NCBI GenBank assembly: GCA_951406725.2 | Contig: OX597820.1 | Location: forward strand, 46,810,001 to 46,874,000 | DNA: 64,000 bases | Direction of reading: 5' to 3' | From: Octopus vulgaris | Taxonomy: Eukaryota | Shown: piece after piece, positions 25,060-39,214 of the stretch | Numbering within the stretch: the stretch's first letter is position 1 | Layout: every line of letters begins with the position of its first letter | The notes under the pieces: generated by a model | The model's input: only the letters and a program-made list of their open reading frames with translations | The model's database searches: none | Told to the model about the DNA's origin: nothing | Position numbers and translations under genes: made by a program

Positions 25060-25648
25060 ATGGAAAAATTTTCTACGAACGAGAACAACACAATGAAAAA
25101 TATTCTGTCAAGAATGTCACGTAAACTCAGCAAACCACTGAAGCATGATCTGAAATTGGGGCTAAGGAGTGGTTGTCAATCAAATTGTGAGGAAACATCA
25201 GAATTAAATAGAGGTGACCAGTTCAAGTTGTGTGACTATTGTGTCCGCAAGAGACAGTTAAAGGAATTCAATCAATGGTTTCCAAGACTAAGTGAAGACA
25301 ACAAACAACGTTGCATCCTAGGATTTGTCCAGCGCCTCTCCAGTCACATTGAAATACTCAGACATCTATGCAGGATGATGGCACCAACTTTTAAAAAGGA
25401 CTATGTGTACGCTTGCTGTAGACTGATCACAGGCCAGGAGACAACTCAATCAGTCTTTGGCATTAATCAAACTCTGTCTGATAACTTCAGTGACAAAGTC
25501 ATCGAATCAACTTTGAAAGGTTACGATGATATGTCAGCACGGAACAAGCTAAATTTTCTGGTTGCTGTCCTTCAGAGTTGTGACATGCATCACATCTACC
25601 TTGTCTACAACTTAGTCACAACCTTAGTGCAGGCTGATAACACTCGCA
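25060..25648 (+). CDS. FBXW10: FBXW10-like coding exon 1 (N-terminal domain)
   Basis: Acceptor ttttttccag ends 25049, ATG at 25060, donor gtaagg at 25649. The start codon is inferred, and an upstream exon is implied. Confidence 0.85.
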
Positions 25649-28600
25649 GTAAGGATTATTGTCAAAAGTTTTCATTTATTTTCCTTTGTCTGTTGCTTTG
25701 TCCTAGTTCACACATTTTGTTCTACTGAGTTTTGTAGAGATATTGTTCCATAGAACTAAATACATCTGACACACCCAAGGGTTTCCATGGAGACATGATA
25801 ACCCACACAAATTGAGAGTGTGTATCTCCAGCAGAGTTATGCTGAAAAGTTTTCCAGTCATGACCATCCCAACTCACTGTATGTAACACTGTCTTATCTA
25901 ATGTGTATACTCTTGTTGAAGATGGTCAGGAGCAATTTGAGTGGAATTTGGCTAGTTTTGACTACATAAAAACTCTTTCAGTAGCTCCTTTTCTTTGAGA
26001 GTTTGTCATCTTGTCATTAACCTTTGCTCATTCTTGGTATCTTGTGATAAGGGACAAATCCATTATTACTGGACTTAAATTTTGATTTCTTACTTTGGTA
26101 CAGGGCCACACAAATTTACAGGAAAGTGAATGTAGTTGATTGAATCAGCTTCAAGTATATTACTCATACTTGTTTTTATTAAAACCCTAAGCAATCCAAG
26201 CTAGAGCTGACGAAAGGTTAGAATTGAGCTCAGAATATAAAGTATGTAACTAAATACTGTAAATCAGTTTTGTCTAACACACATGACTCAGTGGTTAGAG
26301 TGTTGGTCTCACAATCATGAGATTTGAGTTTGATTCCCAGACTGGGTTGTGAGTTGTGTTCTTCAACAAGACACTTTATTTCACTCAGCTGTAGAAATGA
26401 GTCACAATATTACTGGTGCCAAGCCGTATTGGCCTTTACCTTTCTCTTGGGTAACATTGGTGGTGTGGAGAGGGGAGGCTGGTATGCATATATGACTACT
26501 GGTCATCCACAAACAATCTTGCTCAGACTTGTGCTTCAGAGGGGAACTTTCTAGGTGCAATCCCATGGTTAATCATGATTGAGTGAGGTCTTTAGCTTTA
26601 CCCTACTATATCTGCCACTTCACAGCAATGTTAGCAGACCCAACCTTCTGAACCACCTGATTCACAGCTTTGGTCTGGCTTAAACCATTATAGAATAGCA
26701 GAAGAAAGTGGACAGATTGTACAAGGGGGTACTGAAAAGTTCCTGGCTTTAAGGGTACCATGAAAGGTCTGTTTGAAGGCCCAATGTTCTGAGTTCTTTT
26801 ACAGGGCTTAGAAAAACTAAAAGAATGCTGCAACAAGTATGTGAATTTGAGTGGGGAATATGTTGGATAAAAATCATAATTAACTGATTCTCCTGTATTT
26901 TCTTTTATCCAGAGCCAGGAACTTTTCAGCACCTCCTCATATTCTTCACAATTGTCTGTACACACATTTTGTTCTACAGAGTTTTGTAGAGATATTGTTC
27001 CATAGAACTATATACATCTGACACACCCAACTGTTTCCTTTGAGACATGACAGCCCACACAAATATGTTGGGAGTGTATGTCTCCTGGCAAATGAGACAA
27101 TGTGAGAGCCTCTGTGTCACAAGAGAGCCTCTGTGATACTGGAGAGCCTCTGTGACACTGGAGAGCCTCTGTTCTCGTGATTCTCAACCATTTTAATATC
27201 CAGGCCAGACCCCAAACCTGGATTTTTTTAGGGTGCCACACCAAAACATAAAACACAAGTCAATTAGAGAAAAATTTATTGTTTATAGAGGGAAGATCAT
27301 TGGGGGTGGAGGGCAAAGGATGAATGTTTGAGGGCTGCATGCAGTTCAGGGATCTGCACTTGAGAACCTGTGTTCTATGCAGTCACTACCTGCAAGAAAC
27401 AGCAGCCAAACCTCCCTCAAATTACATTCTACCATCTTAAAAAAGGGAAGGTCACATTGGATAATGTTTTGCTGGACAGCCCCAGAAAGACAAAATTGTT
27501 ATAACTGCAATACATTTGATCAGCAGAGAGAAAGGAAATAGGCAAACAGAGAGAGAGAGAGAGATGAGAGGACAGTGGAGTTGGAAGGAGTGTAGGAATG
27601 GAGAAAGTGTGAATAGAAAGAAGCATATAAGAGTTTGTTAAATGAAGGGGTGAAAGAAAGTAGATTAGCAACAACACTATATAGTGGCCATAGTGAAGTA
27701 TGAATGTGTTTTGACATGTCGATATGGGGAAGATTTATGTTTGTAGCTTGTAACTATATATATGTATGTGTGTATGTATGCATGTATGCATGACCTGGGG
27801 TTAAAAAAAGAACAACTGTGTCTTACACAATTGTGTATCAATATGTGTCCACACACTGCCATAGACATATGTACCATCTCTCGCTCTCTCTCTCTCCTTC
27901 CTCTCCCTCTCTCTTCCTCCTCTCTCTGACTAATCTCTCTCTCTCTCTTCATTGCAGGTTTAAAAAAGAATGTACAGATATCTCCAGCAATCAAGCAAAA
28001 AGATATTCTTATTGACACTGGCCAAAATACTTCGAGGCCCAATGAAAAAACAACTGAATGGTCCACCAATTTGACAAAAAGATCAAAAAGAGGGACAAAC
28101 CTGTTTCAATTTAAAGACTTAATTGGTCAACTACCAGCACCTTTGGCCAAGTATATCCTCAGTATGTTGGATGAGGTCAGCTTACGCAATGCTACCAAGG
28201 TCAGCTCAAAATGGCGCACCCTAGTAAAGCAGTTAATGAAGGAAGCAGTTCTGAGTCAGCAAGTTGCTGAAGAGGCTTTGCTTTTACAGGTTACATCTAT
28301 GTTATATATTATCACATTCTCTTTTGTGATGTATCAGTTTTGTGTTTTATAGTATAGATGACAGATGTGTATTATGTATTATCCTTTTAAGGCGGTGAGC
28401 TGGCAGAATCATTAGCATGCCGGTCAAAGTGCTTGGCAGCATTTTGTCCGTCTTCAAATGGTTGGGTCTGTTAGCATGGCAGTGAAGTGGCAAATATATA
28501 AGAACACCAGTGAACAATTGAGTTCACTAGTTTTCCTCTGTTATTGTATGTGCTATGTGAATAGTGAGATTGTGTAACTTGTACCACCCATGCCAGCATG

Positions 28601-30452
28601 GAAAAACAGATATCAAATGATGATAAAACAAAATGCAAATAAATCTCCCCTTCAAACTAGAGGTTAAAATGTTCAAATTCCGCCGGGGTCGACTTTGCCT
28701 TTCAACCTTTCAGGGTTGATAAATTAAGTACCAGTGAAACACTGGGGTCAATGCAATCAACTAGTCTCCTCCCCCTCAAATTTCAGGCCTTGTACCTTTA
28801 GTAGAAAGGATTATGTAGTGTCTTCTTGAGAGAGTCAGGTATATGTTGTCTGTGCTCTTCTGAGATTTGTAAGCCTAGTGTTAAATATTCTAGACTGGTA
28901 CTCCATTGGTTATGATGACGAAAGTTACAGTTGATTCAATCAATGAAACAGCTTGCTTGTGAAGTCAACATACAAGTGACTGAACATTCCATAGACATGT
29001 GTACACTCAATCCTTTAGCATTCAAACTGACCATATCCAACTCAAAATAGTCTACCTGTTTTATGTTCTAACTGGCTAGGTCTGACCTCTCACAGCTACC
29101 TGACAATGTCATTCAAATCATAAACAATAACATCGTTTGAGATAAACAATTACATAAACAATTACCTCATTTGAGATACTGCATGATTAATTTTTAAAAA
29201 TGCTAATTAATAAGCAATATTTTTGACAGAGTAATCTGAATGCTAAAGGGTTAATGTAGTCCTCAGCAAAATTCAGTGTGACATACAATGTGACAAGGCT
29301 GGCTCTTTGAACTGAAAGTACTTCTTGATTTTGCCAGCTGAGTGAACAGGAGCAACATGAAATAAAGTGTCTTGCTCAAGGACACAACACACCACCAAGA
29401 CACAACACACCACCAGGAACTGAACTCATGACCTTATGATCACGAGCCAAATACCCTAACCATTAAGCCACACACCTTCATATTCTATTGTGGGATGTGT
29501 CAGGTGCATGTTACATGTTGTCTCCTGAAAGTATCAGCTTTACATTACATATTTTTCACTAAGGTATCAGAACTGTGTTACATATTGTTACATGACATAT
29601 TGTTTTCTGATACATTTTAACCTCTAGTTTGAAGGGGAGATTTATTTGCATTTTGTTTTATCATCTTTTGATATCTATTTTTCGATACTGGCATGGGTGG
29701 CACAAGTTACACAATCTCACTATTCACATAGCACATACAATAACAGAGGAAAACTAGTGAACTCAATTGTTCACTGGTGTTCTTATATATTTGCCACTTC
29801 ACTGCCATGAAGACCCCAACCATTTGATTAATTATTTGTACACCAGAAAAAACCTTCATGTCATTTCATCCATCTTTACATTTGGAGTTCAAATTCCACC
29901 AGGCTCACTGGACAAAATGCTTTGCAGAATTTCGTCTGTCTTTACGTTCTAAGTTCAAATTTCACTGAGGTTGGCTTTGCCTTTCATCCTTTCGGAGTTG
30001 ATAAAATAAGTACCATTTGAGCACTGGGGTCAATTATATTATTGACTTGCCCCATTCCTTCAAAATTGTAGGCTGTGCCAAAATTAGACAGAATTATTAT
30101 GGATAAGGCTTATTTTTCTATATGGTGGCTCATGAGAAAATGTTAATGTACCACTTAGTAACAGCAACACTTACATAATAGAAACTGGTATAATTAGACT
30201 GTTACAGTTATACATAGTTACAGCAAGCTACAGCTACAGTTACACAGGTAGGTATCGCAGGTAAATTTTTACTTTCCCTCTATCCTCGCCCCACTCCTTG
30301 TTTAGAAAGAGAGATGTAGGGGATCTAGAAAGGAAGAATTAAGATAGGAAAGAGATAAGAGGAAAAAGAGAGAGACTGAGAGAGAGAGAGAGAGAGAGAG
30401 AGAAATAAACAGAAATAGAAATAAGCAGAGAGAAAGAAGGAGAGAGAGAAAT

Positions 30453-30483
<31 letters not shown>

Positions 30484-30910
30484 TGAGAGGGCAGTGGAGT
30501 TGGAAGGAGTGTAGGAATGGAGAAAGTGTGAATAGAAAGAAGCATATAAGAGTTTGTTAAATGAAGGGGTGAAAGAAAGTAGATTAGCAACAACACTATA
30601 TAGTGGCCATAGTGAAGTATAAATGTGTTTTGACATGTCGATATGGGGAAGATTTATGTTTGTAGCTTGTAACTATATATATGTATGTGTGTATGTATGT
30701 ATGTATGTATGTATGTATGTATGCAGGTATGTATGTATGTATGTATGTATGTATGTATGCATGCATATATATAAATATGTATATATATTTTTATATATAT
30801 TGGGTTCAATCCCACTGCGTGGCATCTTGGGCAAATCTTCTGCTATAGCCTCGGGCCGACCAATGCCTTGTGAGTGGATTTGGTAGACAGAAACTGAAAG
30901 AAGCCTGTCG

Positions 30911-30953
<43 letters not shown>

Positions 30954-31186
30954 ATTTGTGCGTCTGTGTTTGTCCCCCTAGCATTGCTTCACAACCGATG
31001 CTGGTGTGTGTTTACGTCCCTGTCACTTAGCGGTTCGGCAAAAGAGACCGATAGAATAAGTACTGGGCTTACAAAGAATAAGTCCCGGGGTCGATTTGCT
31101 TGACTAAAGGCGGTGCTCCAGCATGGCCGCAGTCAAATGACTGAAACAAGTAAAAGAGAAAAGAGTATACACACACACATATGCAT

Positions 31187-31223
<37 letters not shown>

Positions 31224-31474
31224 CACACGTATATATTTATGAGTGTGAATATATGTATATATACTCTTTTACTTTTTTACTCATTTCAGTCATTTGTCTG
31301 TGGCCATGTCAGAGCACTGCCTTTAGTCAAGCAAATTGATTCCCCCAGGACTTATTCTTTGTAAGCCTAGTACTTATTCTATCGGTCTCTTGGCTGAACC
31401 ACAAGGTTACGGGGACGTAAACACACAAGTGATGTGGGGGGACAAACACAGACACACAAACATATACTCACCCA

Positions 31475-31514
<40 letters not shown>

Positions 31515-31695
31515 TACAACAGGCTTCTTTCAGTTTTCATCTACCAAATCCACTCATGAAGCTTTGGTCGGCCCGAGGCGATAGAAGAAGACATTTGCCC
31601 AAGGTGCCATACAGTGGGAATGAACCCGAAACCATGTGGTTGGTAAGCAAGCTACTTACCACAAAGCCACTCCACATGTACATTATGTATATATA

Positions 31696-31761
<66 letters not shown>

Positions 31762-34700
31762 TGACGATCAGAATCGAAATCGATCAATGGAAATCGATCA
31801 ATGGAAATTGCAGATGTGTTACCAGTGCCGGTGGCATGTAAGAGAACTTTCCGTTTCGCGACCGTTGCCAGCACCGCCCCGTTTCGTGTCCATTGCCAGC
31901 CCCGCCTGGCCCTCGTGCCGGTGGCACATAAAAAGCACCATCCGTTCGTGGCCGTTTGCCAGCTCTGTCTGGCACCAGTGCGGGTGGCACGTAAAAGCAC
32001 CCACTACACTCACGGAGTGGTTGGCGTTAGGAAGGGCATCCAGCCGTAGAAACACTGCCAGATTTGACTGGGCCTGATGAAGCCTTCTGGCTTCACAGAC
32101 CCCAGTAGAACCGTCCAACCCATGCTAGCATGGAAAACGGACGCTAAACGATGATGATGATATATATATATATATAATATATATATATATATTCTTTTTT
32201 CTCTCTAATTTCAGCTCAGAGCTGCGGCCATGCTGATACATATATTCACACGCACATATAAGTACATTCCTATATATGTATGTGTATGTATGTATATATG
32301 TATATATATATATATAGTAAAATAAGGATTGAGATAGAATCAGGTACTTGGAAAGATATGCCCCAGGTAGGGTTGGATAATCTCTGTGGTTTTGGCCTAT
32401 GGTTGGTGAGCATCAAATAGGATATTTTGGTTGTATACACAGAGAAAACCAACCCTATGAGTATTTAGCACCTAGGGGCTGGTCCAAATCTTTTGTTACT
32501 TGGAATAGTACATTGTTGGTATACTCTAGGGTATCCAACAGGTTGTAAATCCCCTCGGTGTTGTATAATCAAATGAATAATAACATACGATGGATAATTG
32601 TCAGCTGATTACAGCTGTTTCTTTGGTAACTTTTTAATAGAAGAATGAGAACATTATTCCTTTACAAAAGACTGTAATCACCAGATGGGAAGTAATTTTA
32701 CAAACAATAGAATATCCCAAGAATACAGCAATGAAATGGGAGAATGACCAACTAAGTTAACCCTGAAGTTTAAGAATATAGTTTTTGAAAGTAATATGAT
32801 GTCTAAGGTCAGCGACCCGGGTGAGATAGGAATCTGCTTGACTCGTTCTTATGTAGGCTGCTGTGGGGTGTAGGTGATATTTTATTATAGTAGGCTTAGA
32901 GCAGTGGGCAGCAACGAGAGGACCTAATATTAATTAAGGATAATAAGGTTGTGAGTTTAATTGCTGATGGTGTGCTGTGTCCTTGAGCAAGACGCTTTAT
33001 TTCACTTTGCTCCAGTCCACTCAGCTGGCAAAAATGAGTTGTACCTGTATTTTAAAGGGCCAGCCTTGTCACATTATGTGTCACCCTGAATTTCCCTGAG
33101 AACTATGTTATGGGTACATGTATCTGTGGAGCCACTTGCACATTAATTTCATGAGCAGGCTGTTCTGTTGATTGGATCAACAGGAACCTTCATTGTTGTA
33201 ACCGACGGAGTGCCAATTTACATCCTGTAGAGGTGGAGATAATATTAATAAGTCAAGGATTTATGTTGTATGGTATTTCATATATCTGTGTTTCTTTGTC
33301 ATAAAATACTTTGTTAAGTTTTGCTATTCACCATGGCCTTTGTAGTAAAACAATGATAAAAACTTTTGGTTTTATTTCATTTTGTTGAAGTTTATCATCA
33401 TTATATAACTGCCAATCTCTCACCATCTACTCTGCAAATTCCTTCCACAGGGAGCAATGTCACATGGTGTAAACCCAACTTATGCAAAAGATATTGATGT
33501 AATAGTACCAAATGTCTGCAACCAAACATGGAATGTCATTTACAATGGTGAACCAACCATTGATACCTCATCACTCAATGAAGTCAACTTTGAGGCAGCC
33601 TTCAGTGGTATATCTACCCGTAAAGTGATAATGGAGGAGAAGAATATATTCTGTGGTGCCTACAATGTGATGATATTGCAAAACAAGTAAGTTTATCATT
33701 TGCAATATGTTTACTGGAAGTTTATCACATACACTACAGGTTTATCAAGAGTTGAATACATATATCATAGCATTTAGCACAGGGACGATATCAAACTGAA
33801 CAATTTCTTTGACAATATCAAATCATCATTGTCGTTTAATGTCCATTTTCCTTGCTGGCATGGGTTGGTTGGCTTGACAGGAGCTGGTATGGCTGAGGGC
33901 TGCACAAGGTTCCATATTCCGTTTTGGCTTGGTTTTTACAGCTGGATGTTCTTCCTAATACCAACCACTTTATAGAATGTACTTGGTGCTTTTGACATGA
34001 CACCATCACCAGTGCTATCTATTTGGCACCAGCTCCAGTACTTTTTACAAGATACCAGCACCAATGTATTTTATGTGGAGCCAGCACCAAGACTAATGCT
34101 TTTCACATGACACCTTGGTTTTAGGATATCAATTCTGCAATGATGGGCAAATCTTCTTGAGTACAGCAATGTGCTACATATGGTGTTTTGAGATCAGCCT
34201 TCAATACTTTGTCATGTGTCTTACTAGATCTCCCTCTTCCACACCTTCCCTCCACTTTAAGTGATTGGCACTTCTTTATGCAACTGTCCTCATCTTGACC
34301 AAATGAACACAGTCGCCTCTCTTGCTCACTGCATATAATTCCTCTTATGCCTAACTTCTCTTACAAAAAATTAGTAGTCACTTATCACTTGTCACTTATC
34401 ACTTGTCACACCATTTTCAAATTGTCTAAACAGTGGCTCAAACAAACAAAGACTCAGTTTTCAACAGTGTGACAGTATTTCATACTTACAGCTTTATTTA
34501 TCCACCCTTATTTATTTTATACTCCGCTCTGGAATTTCAGGAGAGATAATCAACGAGTGATCCATACAGATGGAGGAGAACTGCTTGCAGTCAGCTCCGA
34601 AGACCATAAAATCCGTTTCATCAATGCCACCACTGGTAAAGATATTGGTCCAACTATCTCAGGTCATGCTGGCTCCATCCATTGCCTACATCTCTGTGAA

Positions 34701-37700
34701 AAGAAGAGGATTATTCTCAGTGGTAGTTATGATACAAGCATCCGGTAAGAAAATTCCTACATTTTAAAACACTTTTTTCTTCACAAAGAGCAGTATTTCT
34801 GATCCATTTTATCTTTGGACTCCTTCCTATTTTACTTCATCTAATGCTGAAAATATCCTGTTATATTTTTATAAGTACATATTATTAGGAATTGCATAAA
34901 AAATTGTTAAAATATTTGTGCATAATAGAAATATAACCAATTTATTGCACACTAGCACTATGACCTGGCAACACCGAGTCATAGTGCTAGTGCATGCATA
35001 TACAGCTGCGTGCGTGCACACATACACACGAGTACTGTCCAAATCTCTGACCAATCACATACAGCTTGGTGTATCAAGTTTCGGGCATTTTGATTGGGTT
35101 TTGGATAGAAAATTCACAAAAAAGTCACTTCTATTGATTTTCTAATGGCTTTGCTGGGTTACTGGAGAAATTTAAAGATGTGCACAACCACCCTTGGACG
35201 GTTTTGAATAACCATAGAAAGTGCGAGCCCTCTAACTGAAAAATTGTGTATTTGAATAAAGGATACACACACACACACCCACAGACATTTTGTCGTTTAT
35301 ATAGAGATAAGTTTTAACAACAAAATCTTATATGACCCCCAAGGGCAATATTGACCCTAGTTAAGAACCACTGAGATAGAGCAACAAATAAAGTGTCTTG
35401 TATTATTTAGCTATGTCTCTGTACATTTTGAGTTCAAATCTGCTGAAGCTGACTTCACTTTTTATTAATTTGGGTCAATAAAATGAGTACCAGTTATATA
35501 TCAGGGTCTATTTAGCCAACTGTGCTCCCTTGCCTCAAAATCTTTTCTACTCTAGGCACAAGGCCTGAAATTTTGGGGAGAGGGCCACTTGATTAGATTG
35601 ATCCCAGATCACAATTGGTACTTAATTTATCAACTCCGAAAGGATGAAAGGCAATGTCGACCTCAGCGGAATTTGAACTTAGAATATAAAATAATACATT
35701 ACAAACAAATGGAATTGAAATGACCAACCATATTTTCTGGCATGCTAGTCAAAATTTTCAAACTGAAATTTACAGCCAATAAAGGTAGTTGATTTATACA
35801 CCAAAAGGACTTTGGAGGACCAAAAATTCCATGTGAAATGCAGCAGGGTTTGCAAAGATAGTAATGATGTTTGAGCGTTTACGTTACATGTTTATGCTAT
35901 ATAATACATTGACTTGTATTCTGGAAAATATGGCATGTTAGTCAATAAAAAAGTTATGTTCACCCTCATATGATAAAAATATTATATGTGAGTTGAACCC
36001 AAAATAATGCAAAATTAGGCATAACATTTTTATTAACATAGGTAATTTAAATTGCATGTTAGTAGTGTACTTCTTCCTCTGTACAAAGTTACTTCTCATC
36101 AAAGTCTCCATTGTATTTGCACCATCATTGAACACAACTCCTGACTCCTCTTTGAAACAATTCAAGTGTACACTGTTCTACTCACTTCTTCACAGCCTCT
36201 TTCACCTCATCTATGTCATCAACTAATTGTTCCTGAAGACTGTCCTTCATTGAACCAATCAGCTTGAAGTCAGAGGGTGTCAGATCTGGGCTGTACAGAG
36301 GATGAAGAAATTTTGACAAGCCCCATTTGTTGTTTGATTTTTTGTCGAAGATGTTTATGGTTGCATACTGCCATGGTGAACGTGAATCATTTTTCAGGTT
36401 CTTGTTCAGTCTCATCCTCTTAGTGGTTTTGTCTAAGCTTTTTGAGTGTCTTAATGTACTGTTCACTGTTCCCTATACTGTTCACTATATTGTTCACTGT
36501 TCACAGTACAGTCATGTTCCAGAAAATAATGAGAATGATGTCCGTGACATTACATAAGAAAAACAGTTACTATGACTCTCTGTGCCAATCATTGACTTAT
36601 GTTTTGAAAAAGAAGTGACACCATTCTACCGACTGAACCTTTGATTCTAGGTCATAAAGATATGTCATCATTTGCTTCAAATGCTTCTAGCAGATTAGTG
36701 CAGACTCCTGACCCTCATCTTTGAATCAAGTGTCATCAGCTGAGGTACCCACTTTACACATGCTTTCCCTTATCCAAAGTCTTCCACTATTAAATTGAAA
36801 CCACAGTTCAGTTGGGCAGCAGGTTCATGGATTAAGATTTGTTTGTCTATGAGAATCACTCATTCATCCACTCACTGGCGTCTCATGTCAATGTTCACAA
36901 TTGATGACCTCCAACCACATAATTTTGTCTTCAATGCTGGTTTCCTCTTCTTTTATACTTCATCCATTTGAACATATTCATGGAAATGACACAGTGGTGT
37001 CATTTTCATGAACAACCTTCATCATCATCATCATCATTTAATGTCTGTTGTTCATGCTGGTATGGGTTGGACAGGTTGACCAAGGCTGGAAAGCTGAGGG
37101 GCTGCATCAGACTCCAGTCTGATTAGGCATGATTTCTACAGCTGGATGCCCTTCCGAATGCCACCTACTCCAAAAATGTAATGGGTGCTTTTACATACGA
37201 CCAACAGGAGTGCTAGTTGTGTTACACCAGTATCTGCATGCCGAGGGTCTCAATCATTTGTCATTGCCTCCGTGAGGCCCAATGCTTGAAGGGTGCTTTT
37301 TGTGTGCCACTGGCACAGGTACCAGTTACGCAACACCAACATTGGGTACATTGCCCAATGCTCGAATGGTGCTCTCACAGAGGTGGAAAAAGTGGAGAGA
37401 GTAGAAAAAGAAACAAGAAAACAGAGTGTAGAAAGGAAGGAGAAGTGTGAAAAATAAATGAAGGCTAACAACAAAAGTGGGTGATTAAAGGTTAGCAGGG
37501 GAATGAATGGAAGAAGAGATAAAATGTCAAAGCCACTAATATACTCACTGTATCCATCAAAACTTGTACCCCTCTTTCATGAAGAATTCAAAGATGGTAT
37601 GTTGTTTTTGTTTGGAATCAATTATTTGCCTGTAATAAAGAACAAGAATTACCAGAGAGAAAAAGTTACTCTACTAGCATGTGCAATTTGTATGACTTGA

Positions 37701-39155
37701 GTCAGTTAATAAAGAAGCTTATCAAGCTTTCAATGATGAATCTGCATTAAGTATGAGACACTGATTGCTATTTTATACAAACAAATGACTGTATGACATT
37801 TAGTTCCGTAATCTACATTTCTACTACATAATGTCCTCTGTTTATGATGATTAATTAAGTATTGGGTTATAATAAATGAGAATTAATTCATTCACTCACT
37901 GGCAATTCATGTCAGTGTTCATAGTTGATGGCCTCCAAATAGATAATTTGTCTTCAATGCTGGTTTCCTCTTCTTTACACTTTTTCGTCCATTTGAACAC
38001 ATTGCTCTTATTAATGGTGTCATTTCCATGAACAACCTGTAGCCATCACAACCTGTACCCCTCTTTCATGAAGGATTCAAAGATGGTATGTCACTTTTGC
38101 TTGGAATCAATTATTTGCTGTAATAAAGAACAAGAAGAATTACCATAGTGAAAAAATTTCTCTACCAGCAGGTGAAATTTGTATGACCTGTGTCAGTTAT
38201 TAACGAATTTATACCACTTTTGCATTACTATTGATATAATCTTCAAATTATATCTGTTGTACATTGGGTTGTAATGAACTGAACATGGCCAAATCAAATC
38301 AGTTTGTATGGGAATGTGGCTAAGTAAAAGAGAAAACTGATGCTTGAATATTTACAAAATAAATTTTTCAGATGTAGTTAAAATTACATAAGTAAATATC
38401 CAGACCACACACATACACATACAGATAAGTACGGATCTAGATTAACTACACACACACACACGCATATGCGCTCACACATTCCACTAAACAGACGCACACT
38501 CACCTGCATACATACACTCATAAAAAGGTACATATCTAGATTAACTAGTCACATATACAAGCATACATATATCTCAGGGTTGTATATGTGCAAACAAATG
38601 AACACACTCACATGCACACATACACACACACACATGCATACATACACTTATAAGTAAGTGCATATCTATATTAAATATTCACACATAAAAGCACACATCC
38701 ATATGTATAAAGTACATATGTGTACACAACACCCACCCACCCATACACACTCACTTATACACACACACACACACACACACATACACACGCACACACACAC
38801 ACAGTTGCATATACACAATATTGGTTTCTACTTTCTGACTTACAGATGCTGGTCAATAGACAGTGGTCGTTGTCAGAAGATATACCGTGGTCATCGAAGC
38901 ACAGTCTTATGTGTTCGTCTTTTCAAAGATGCTGTAGTATCTGGGTCAAAGGATGCCTCCTGTAGATGTGAGTTACCATCTTTAATTCACTCTAAAACTT
39001 ATCTCTCTATTTTTAACTCATTGTTCTCCTTTATTTCTCCTTTATTCCCATTGTGTTCTTCATTGGAGGGTCTTCCATTAGGTTCATCATTGGAGGGTTC
39101 CAAAGAATGCTGGGAGTAGCCTCCAAGGCCTTCTGATAATGTATTGCAGCCAATT

Positions 39156-39214
<59 letters not shown>

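Noticed and set aside
27104-27171. Regular short repeats resembling a CRISPR array
   Set aside because: 19-bp minisatellite with no unique spacers and no cas genes, in a eukaryotic intron.
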